A DNA stretch of 64,000 bases, taken from NCBI GenBank assembly GCA_018664115.1, contig JABJOX010000004.1, positions 10,089-74,088 of the forward strand, in the 5' to 3' direction. The notes beneath the pieces were generated by a model. It saw nothing but the letters and a program-made list of their open reading frames with translations. It did not search any database and had not been told where the DNA came from. The first letter of the stretch is position 1, and each line of letters begins with the position of its first letter. This DNA comes from Candidatus Woesearchaeota archaeon (GTDB taxonomy: Archaea; Nanobdellota; Nanobdellia; Woesearchaeales; GW2011-AR9). Position numbers and translations under genes: made by a program. Below are positions 19,616 to 27,700 of the stretch, piece after piece.

Positions 19616-20328
19616 ATGAAACAAAAACATTAACAACAAAAGAACTTAGAGTTAAAGGAAGAAAAAAATGCTGGAGTCCATCCCAACGTTTTTGGATGGA
19701 AGTTTCTCTTTATTTAACTACACCGTTCTTAAGAACTTCCATTACTCCTAATATGATTACTGTTACTTGGATTATTTTAGAGATTTTTGCATTTTATCTT
19801 TTTACTTTGGGCGAATATTGGATTAATGTTCTAGCTGTAATTTTGTTCAATTTTATTGCATTAATTGGGGATCATATTGATGGTAATCTTGCAAGGATGA
19901 AAGAAAAGTTCAGTTTACTGGGACCTTATTTAGAGCAGTTAGGAATTTTCTTTGGTACACCTTTAATTTTTCTAGGATTAGCGATTGGAAATTATTTTCG
20001 TTATCAAAATTTTCTTTTTTTAATAATTAGTCTTGTAGGGGTATTGTTTTGGCTCTTTGAGAAGATTATTAGAATAAATCCTGTTTGGTTCAGTGAGAGG
20101 CAAGAAGAAATAGTAAAGAAGTTTTACGTTAAAGCATCATTTAGATCCGCTTCAAAGACAAGAATATTTTTTGAGATATTTCGTAGAGGGCAACCTTTTA
20201 ATTTCCTTTTCTTTTGTGTTGTTTTTGATTATACTCAACTTGCATCTTTGGTATATTCTTTTCTTTTCCTTTTTGAGTTTTGTAGAAAACTTTATATTAA
20301 TATAAAGAATCTAAATAAAAAAGTGTAA
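19612..20328 (+). CDS. CDP-alcohol phosphatidyltransferase family protein
   Basis: ITPNMIT, DHIDGNLAR.....S..G.YLE; multiple TM segments; ATGA overlap with cmk. Confidence 0.85.
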   Translation: MNETKTLTTKELRVKGRKKCWSPSQRFWMEVSLYLTTPFLRTSITPNMITVTWIILEIFAFYLFTLGEYWINVLAVILFNFIALIGDHIDGNLARMKEKFSLLGPYLEQLGIFFGTPLIFLGLAIGNYFRYQNFLFLIISLVGVLFWLFEKIIRINPVWFSERQEEIVKKFYVKASFRSASKTRIFFEIFRRGQPFNFLFFCVVFDYTQLASLVYSFLFLFEFCRKLYINIKNLNKKV

Positions 20329-20385
20329 AGATGCATGATTTGAATTCTAACTTTTTCTTTTATAATATCTCAAAAAAATTTATCA

Positions 20386-21108
20386 TTAAAAATCGTCTAC
20401 TTGTGAAAATACAGATTTTTCATTAGCAATATATTGGGTAATTATTTTTCTTACTAGTTCTAGAAAAAAGAATAAAGTATAGAGGATTAATGTGTAGTTT
20501 GGGTATCCAAAAACAACTCCCCAAAACAAAATATTGAAAAAGTGTTCTAGTCTAAATAGGGCAAAAACATTATAAATTAGTTTATGTTGGAATCTTAAAA
20601 GAGACTTTTTCCCAGTATCACTAATTAAGTTTCTTTGTTCTTTTGGATACCACATTGGATTAAGCGTTATTGCTTTATTCAGTAAAAAGAATATTACTGC
20701 TAAGATTCCGTAGAGCAAGTAAATTGCATTATTATACCACCGAAATACTCCAATTGAAAATGTAAGTAATAAAATTGAGTTGGCAAGATAGTGACCAAGC
20801 TGATCAAGGTAAATTCCATTAATGGAAAATTGTTTTCTATAACGGGCAACAATGCCATCACTACAATCTATAATAAAGAATGCTTGAAAAAATATAAGGG
20901 AGATAATCATAGTTAATTGATCTCCTGTTGCTAGAAATAATGCCGAAATTATTTGTCCAATAATCCATATTATTGTAATTTGATTCGGAGTTAAAGGAGT
21001 ATAAAGAAATAACTTTGCTGGATAATAAGCTAAATTATTCATCAACCGATAAATTGGGTCTCCTCTCTTTGCATTTGCTTTTTCTTTAAGCTCACGAATC
21101 GTCGGCAT
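20386..21108 (-). CDS. CDP-alcohol phosphatidyltransferase family protein
   Basis: LTPNQIT, DCSDGIVAR.....S..GIYLD; multiple TM segments. Confidence 0.88.
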   Translation of the reverse strand: MPTIRELKEKANAKRGDPIYRLMNNLAYYPAKLFLYTPLTPNQITIIWIIGQIISALFLATGDQLTMIISLIFFQAFFIIDCSDGIVARYRKQFSINGIYLDQLGHYLANSILLLTFSIGVFRWYNNAIYLLYGILAVIFFLLNKAITLNPMWYPKEQRNLISDTGKKSLLRFQHKLIYNVFALFRLEHFFNILFWGVVFGYPNYTLILYTLFFFLELVRKIITQYIANEKSVFSQVDDF

Positions 21109-21176
21109 TTTTATATGTTTATTGCTTTCTTTTAAATATTTTCCGAAATAAGGAACATTTTTTAGAGTAAATTAAT

Positions 21177-23978
21177 TTATTGTCCTTTTAAGAATAATAT
21201 TAATTGATTAACACTTTCATTTAAACTAATTTGTTGGGTTTCTAACTTTATGTCTGGACTATCTGGAATTTCATAAGGATTACTTTCTGCAACACCAATA
21301 AAATTATTAATTTCTCCGGCTAATGCTTTTTTGTAAAGTCCTTTCGTATCCCGCCTGATACATTCATCTAAGGAAGCATTGATGAATAGTTCTTTGAAGT
21401 TTTCTCCAACAATTAAACGGACCATCGTCCGATCTTCTTTGTAAGGAGAAATTATTGGTACTAAAACAAAATCATTATTTGCTGCTCTTTCTTTAGCTAA
21501 TTCCGCAATCAAACGATTATTTTCTCTTATATCCTCTCTAGAGAATCCAAGATCTTTGTGTAACGTATCTCTAACAACATCACCATCAAGAATTTCAACT
21601 TTATTTCCAAGACTTTCAAGTTTCTTTTTAAGTTCTAAAGCAATTGTTGTCTTTCCAGATCCAGACAAGCCTGTAAACCAGATTACTTTTCCTTCTTTGT
21701 TAGATATGTTATTTATTTTATTATATTCATTATTTTCATTTGGCTCAACTTTCTTCATTTCTTCTCTAACAAAAACTTCTTCTCCATTTTTAATACTTTC
21801 AACAATTAAACTGGAGACTTCTGGACGCATAAACCACTCTGGTGGAACTTGACCCAATTCAAATCTTTTTCTTGCTTCTGTTCCACTAATATGAAGCGGT
21901 TCTAACTCTTCGCCACTCTCCGTTTCTTTTTCGTGGACATGATGATTCAATTTATCCGAGTAGAATACTTTTCCATATTTTATAGGCTTAATCCCGATTT
22001 CAGGAAACTTATCAAAGATTTGATGCGAAGCATTAGGATGGTAGTAATCGCCTACACCTGTATGATCTCTCCCAACAATAAAATGGCTACACCCAAAATT
22101 TTTCCTGCAGAGAGCAGTAAATATAGCTTCTCTGGGACCAGCATAACGTGAGAATGTTGAAAATGTTGAAAATACTACTTTATTTTTTGGATAAATATTT
22201 TTCATCATTTCTTCATAACTTTTAATTATAAATTTAGAATTATAATCCCCAACTTTCTTTTTCCCAATAATGGGGTGAACAAATAATCCATCACAATTTT
22301 CTTTTTTCATTGCATCTAATTGAATGAACTCATGACCGCGATGAATAACATTTCTAGTATGGAAACCCACTATTTTAACCCACCCTCGATCTTCAAATAA
22401 TTTTCTGACTTGCTTTGGAGTTAGTTCATATTCTTTATGTTCAGATTCTCTTCTTTTAATCAAATTAATTTTTCCTCCAAGCAAAACAGGTTTCATATTA
22501 AAGACTATTTTTGCCCCAGGATGATTTTTATCATCAGTACAATACAATTTACTGATTACTTCTTCTTTATCATAATTATACTTTTCTTTAACTTTCATCG
22601 TTGCAACAATTTCATTCTTATCATTGGTTAAAATAATAGTTTCATCTAAATCAATTTGACTAGCAATCTCTTCAGAAACATCTAAAGTTACTGGTAATGG
22701 CCATACAACCCCATTTTTAAGTTTCATATGATCTAAGATCCCTTGAAAATCTTCTTTACCCATAAAACCTTCAATCGGACTAAATGTCCCAATAGCTATC
22801 TGTTCTACATCCATTAATTGTTCAGCATTCAATTTAATCTTTTTTAAAGAGTTTACATTTTCTGGAATCTCTTTGACAAATCTTTCAACTAATTTTCCTC
22901 CGTGTGGTTCAATTAAAGAACTAGTTTGAGAATTATCAGAGAGGTATTCATGATGGCTAATATTCTCAATATCATCGACATACTTTGAATGTTCAATCAG
23001 TTTATTTAACATATTAACACATTCCATTGGGTTTTCACCAATGGCTGTTTCTGCAGAAAGGATTAACCCACTTGCTCCGTCAATTATTGTATTTATTACA
23101 TCATTAACTTCTGCCCTAGTTGGTTTTTTATTAACAATCATAGATTCTAAAAGATTAGTTGCAATATATACAGGAGTATTTCTTTCTTTGGCTTTTTTAA
23201 GAATAATCTTTTGAATCAGAGGTATTTTTTCAATGGGGACTTCTTTACTCATATCTCCCCGATCCATCAATACAGCATCAGATTTCTCAATAATTTTATC
23301 AATGTCATGTAGTGATTCTTCTGCTTCAACTTTAGAAATAATATACATAGCATTATTAGTTACTTTCCTAACTTCATCAAGATCTTGGCTTTTTCTGACA
23401 AAGGACAAAGCTAAATGGCCAATCCCCTCTTCTAGCCCAATATTGATTGATTGTTTATCCTTTTCAGATAATACTGGTAAATGATAAACTTTATTGTTTC
23501 CAGGACTAACAATTACTGCTTTATTGTTTCCTAAATTACCTTCAGTCATTATTCTTGCAGAAATGTATCCCTCTTTAATAGTTGAAATATCAGAAATTTT
23601 AAGTATTAATGTATCAAAATCTACAAAAAGTAAATCACCTGTCTCTAATTGTTCTAAAATGTGCCCTGGAGTTAAACAGATCTCTTTTTTGTTTCCTATA
23701 ATTTTATTGCCATAAATTTTAATAATCTCGCCTTCATTATAATGGATGATTTTCTCCTCTAAATCACCAGTTCTTATTTGTGACCCCTCTGTATCAATAA
23801 TAAATGGAATATCAACTTTCTTTGCAATTTTAATGAAATATCTCAAGTCTTCAATACTAGAATGAGACATATTAATTCTAACAAAATCTACGCCCTTATC
23901 TTTTATTTTTTTCAAATCTTCTTCAGTATTTGTTGCTGGACCTAAAGTAACAATAATCTTAACATTTTTTTCTTCCAC
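21177..23978 (-). CDS. Triple fusion: pyruvate kinase (A/B domains) + ATP sulfurylase (Sat) + APS kinase (CysC)
   Basis: PK: KIIVTLGP, RINMSH, LSFVR, SKVE, DRGDM, ATNLLESM..PTRAE, LSAETA. Sat: PHGG, FSPIEGFM, FHTRN..HRGHE, GPREA, VGRDHTGVG. CysC: WFTGLSGSGKTT, LDGD, RDTKGLY. One uninterrupted ORF with a GTG start. Confidence 0.92.
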   Translation of the reverse strand: MEEKNVKIIVTLGPATNTEEDLKKIKDKGVDFVRINMSHSSIEDLRYFIKIAKKVDIPFIIDTEGSQIRTGDLEEKIIHYNEGEIIKIYGNKIIGNKKEICLTPGHILEQLETGDLLFVDFDTLILKISDISTIKEGYISARIMTEGNLGNNKAVIVSPGNNKVYHLPVLSEKDKQSINIGLEEGIGHLALSFVRKSQDLDEVRKVTNNAMYIISKVEAEESLHDIDKIIEKSDAVLMDRGDMSKEVPIEKIPLIQKIILKKAKERNTPVYIATNLLESMIVNKKPTRAEVNDVINTIIDGASGLILSAETAIGENPMECVNMLNKLIEHSKYVDDIENISHHEYLSDNSQTSSLIEPHGGKLVERFVKEIPENVNSLKKIKLNAEQLMDVEQIAIGTFSPIEGFMGKEDFQGILDHMKLKNGVVWPLPVTLDVSEEIASQIDLDETIILTNDKNEIVATMKVKEKYNYDKEEVISKLYCTDDKNHPGAKIVFNMKPVLLGGKINLIKRRESEHKEYELTPKQVRKLFEDRGWVKIVGFHTRNVIHRGHEFIQLDAMKKENCDGLFVHPIIGKKKVGDYNSKFIIKSYEEMMKNIYPKNKVVFSTFSTFSRYAGPREAIFTALCRKNFGCSHFIVGRDHTGVGDYYHPNASHQIFDKFPEIGIKPIKYGKVFYSDKLNHHVHEKETESGEELEPLHISGTEARKRFELGQVPPEWFMRPEVSSLIVESIKNGEEVFVREEMKKVEPNENNEYNKINNISNKEGKVIWFTGLSGSGKTTIALELKKKLESLGNKVEILDGDVVRDTLHKDLGFSREDIRENNRLIAELAKERAANNDFVLVPIISPYKEDRTMVRLIVGENFKELFINASLDECIRRDTKGLYKKALAGEINNFIGVAESNPYEIPDSPDIKLETQQISLNESVNQLILFLKGQ

Positions 23979-24092
23979 TTTTTTCCCTCTTAATTAGTAT
24001 TAAAATTCAGTGAAGAATTAGTTTAAAAACATTATGGAAGATAAGAATCAAAGATAGATTGCTCTGGTTTTTTTTATTTTCCTCCATTTTTT

Positions 24093-24794
24093 TCACTTCT
24101 CCCAAAACAATTCTCTATTTACAAAAGCTCTCACTAATTTATCATTAAAAGCAGTATCACCTAATTTTATTCTTTCTGGGTGCCAAGTTACTGCTGCAAT
24201 TGGATAATCCGGATGATAAGCAGCTTCTATTGTTTCATCACTAGAACAGACAGCAAACGCTTTTAATTGCGAAGATAATATTTCGGGAAGAATTGCTTGG
24301 TTATGATAGGAATTCACTAAAACTTTTTCCAAGCCAAAAAATTTTTTAGTTTGATCATCAGTTAAAATAACCTCATGTTCGGCGGCCACATGTTTAACTT
24401 GGCTGTTTGTTTCATCTTTTATACTTTGTAATAAACTACCAGCAAAATGAACATTAAGATAATGTAACCCCCGACAAATACCTAAGATAGGAAGTTTTTT
24501 TTCAATTGCGTAATCGACAATTGCTTTCTCAGTTCTCTCCCGATCTAATGACCATTTGTTAGGAAATTTCATTTCTTGTCCGTACAAGCTGGGATGGACT
24601 CCGTTACCTCCGGTTAGAATTACACCTTCAACACCTAACTCTTCTAAATATTCTGCTGGATTTTCTAAAGAATTAGGAATTGGCACTAAAGTAATTCCAA
24701 ATTTAGGATAATATTGAGTATATTCTGTTTCCAGGATATCAACTGTTCCACCATATTCTGTTTCCAGTTGTTTTGTAGTAATTGCAACTCTCAT
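24093..24794 (-). CDS. Peptidase C26 / gamma-glutamyl hydrolase, Cj1417-like (putative gamma-glutamyl-CDP-amidate hydrolase)
   Basis: VILTGG, LPILGICRG, VNSYH, WHPE triad; starts 1 nt after the stop of the 1515-aa gene. Confidence 0.88.
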   Translation of the reverse strand: MRVAITTKQLETEYGGTVDILETEYTQYYPKFGITLVPIPNSLENPAEYLEELGVEGVILTGGNGVHPSLYGQEMKFPNKWSLDRERTEKAIVDYAIEKKLPILGICRGLHYLNVHFAGSLLQSIKDETNSQVKHVAAEHEVILTDDQTKKFFGLEKVLVNSYHNQAILPEILSSQLKAFAVCSSDETIEAAYHPDYPIAAVTWHPERIKLGDTAFNDKLVRAFVNRELFWEK

Positions 24795-24795
24795 T

Positions 24796-27700
24796 TTAAT
24801 CTAATAAGTTCAAATCAATAAACTTTTTAATTTCTCCGTTTTCAGTCCATTTAAGTGCATTTTCATAATCTTCATTTGTGTCAAATTCCATCCATCCCCG
24901 TTGAATCTTATTAGCCATTACTGTCCATCCATTATCAATCCAACTTTGAAGAAGATTAGTCATATTAATTTTTCTTACTGGCTTCCCATCAATTAAAGGT
25001 GTATCCCAATGTGAAGCTTTGATTTTCCTCCAGTGTTCCAAGACTTTTGGAACAAAATTTTTAGAGATGAAAGTTAAACTTGCATCTCTGCCATGTAATC
25101 TAGCTTCGTCAATAACATTTTCCTCTCCAATCTCAATAATAGAACCGTCTGGATTTAAAGTACAAGATTCAGAATCTTCTTTCCAATCACCATTACGGGC
25201 GGTCCAATAATCTTTATAATCAACATCAATTGCCTTACTAAGACTGAAATTTTCTTCCATAATTTGTTTAATAACTTTTGGTTCATGAATTGTGTCTGCG
25301 TAAGCAATTAATATGTCGCTACTGCCATCAAATTCTGCTTCTGCACAGAACAAAGAAGCAACCATATTTGTATTTTCCCAATCAGGATTATTATAATATT
25401 TAATTCCTGGGAAATTTATCTTTTCTGCGTTGAAACCGCGGACAATAGAGATATCAGTAAGGCCGGCTTTTTGAAATGTTTCAATTTGTCTTTGGAGAAG
25501 CGGTTTTCCTGCTAAAGGCAGTAATCCTTTCGGAAGAATTTCTGTATATTTATGTAATCTAGAACCTCGTCCAGCAGCCAAAATTATTACTTTCATTTTT
25601 TTATTCTTTAGTGTTTCATTTTCTTTATCTTCTTTTTTTTCATTACCTTTCAAAGTAGTAATCGGTCTAACCTGCAATAAATGTAGTTCATTATTATAAT
25701 AACACCATTCGCATTCAATTTCTTTGCCATAATCTTGCCGTAAACTTTCTCCTAATTGAACTAACTCTTTAATCTCATCTTCGTTAAGCACTCTGCCAGT
25801 CTTTTTAGAAACTTCTAATGACCCATCCATAATATAGGAGTAAGCTTCCCTTTCTTCATTAATTATATTAGCTTCAATTTCACTCCCATTGATAAAATAT
25901 TGATCAGGTTTGACTTTACCGGATACCACCGATTCACCAACACCAAAATTTGCATCAATCCAAATTCCTTCTTTCAAACTATCGCTAGGGTTTTGTGAGA
26001 ACAAAACCCCTGCTTTTTCACTTTGCAGAAATTCTTGTATAACAACAGAAATGTAAAACTTTTCTTGACTTATTCCTGATTGGTGAGCATAAAGCAAAAC
26101 ATTTTCTTTAAATGCAGAAGCAATACATTCTTTAATTGCTGAAAACAAGCTTTTTTCTTCTATTCCTAAGAGGGTCTTGAATTGGCCAGCAAAACTTGCT
26201 TTACTAGAATCTTCACTAGAGGCTGAACTTCTTACTGCTACCGCTTTTGTGTTTAATTGTTTAAACTGACCCAAAACTTCATTCTTGAATTCGTCGCTAA
26301 ATTGATAATCATTCACAAACTTTCGTAATGCTTTTAATTTTTCTTGTGATTGTTCTGGATAATTAAAATCAATGATGTAATCTTCTTTGTCGTTTAAGAA
26401 TGAATTAATAATTTGGTCATAAGCTCTTCTTGTTACGCTAAACGCTTTTGGAACATTATATCTCATCGAACATTTGGCAAGATTCTTTCCTTTCCCCCCT
26501 ACCAAAGAATATTCCTCTTCATTTATCTCATTTAGACTTGATGTGTATGGGATGCTTCTTAGAAAAAGACTTTTTTTAATTGTTATGAGGGGTTCTTTTT
26601 TATCTTCTGTTTTCTTTAAATCTATACCCTGAATATTTTTGGCTTTAAATTCTTCTGTTTCTCTTTTAGTTAATTTTCTAACAAATTTGTTATAAGTATC
26701 CACTTCAATAAAATCTCCTGTTTTAAAGAAACGTGTTGAGATTCTCGTTCCAACTAAACAAGGGATATTTAATTCTCTGGAAATAATTGCTGCGTGGCTG
26801 GTTATTCCACCTTCATCTGTAATTATTCCTTTAGTTTTGTGAAGAATGGAAACCATTGCTGGATGAGTCATTGTTGTAATATAAATGTCATCAGAGGTCA
26901 TTTCTTTTTTTGTTTTCATTAGCGATTTAATACTATCATCAGTTACTACTAAAGCTCTCCCTTTAACTCTTCCTAAATTTCCGACATCTCCACTTAACCC
27001 TTTAAGATTTTCTGGGATAGTATTAACTTCTTTTGAGTATTTTGGAATAAAGCTATACTCGGTAGATTCTGGGGATATTTCTATGTTAAAATATTGTAAT
27101 CTTTTCTTAACTTCTTCAGGAGTTAGTTTCTTATTTTCTTCTAAGAAATCTTTAACATCTTTTATCCTATAAGAAAACAAAAAGTCTTCAATATTCAGCT
27201 CTAATCTTTTTGCTATCTCTTTGAATAAACCTAAGAATAATAATTCATAACCTGCCCAGATATTTTTATTCTCTAACCTTATCAAAGCAATCTCTTGTAG
27301 ATAAAGGCATAGTTCTTTTAGTTTATTTGAACTTTGTCTGGCAAGACATTCTTCCTGTTTTTGCTTTAGAATCTTGCTTTCATTTATTGTTTTATTAATT
27401 TCATTTTCTAATTCTTGTGCATTAGTCTCGGAAATTTCGTTTTCTAAAAATTGATTGATAATTTCCCATGAATATGTGTTGATAAATCTCCAAGAATATT
27501 TTAATGCATACTCTTTAATGGCTTTTGGACCAACATTTATTTCCCTAATCAGTTTTAATTTGTCTTTTTTTTCTTTCAAAAATAAATCTTCTTTTGTTGG
27601 TGTTGTTAATAATTGTAATAACTCTTCTTTATTATCTGCAATAATCAAGGAAAGAATTCTGTCTTTTACTGCTTTTGTTGGTTCTTCTCGAGAGTATGGA

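Noticed and set aside
21177-22920. Dissimilatory or assimilatory sulfate reduction
   Set aside because: No APS/PAPS reductase or sulfite reductase in the window; the nearby sulfotransferase explains PAPS demand.
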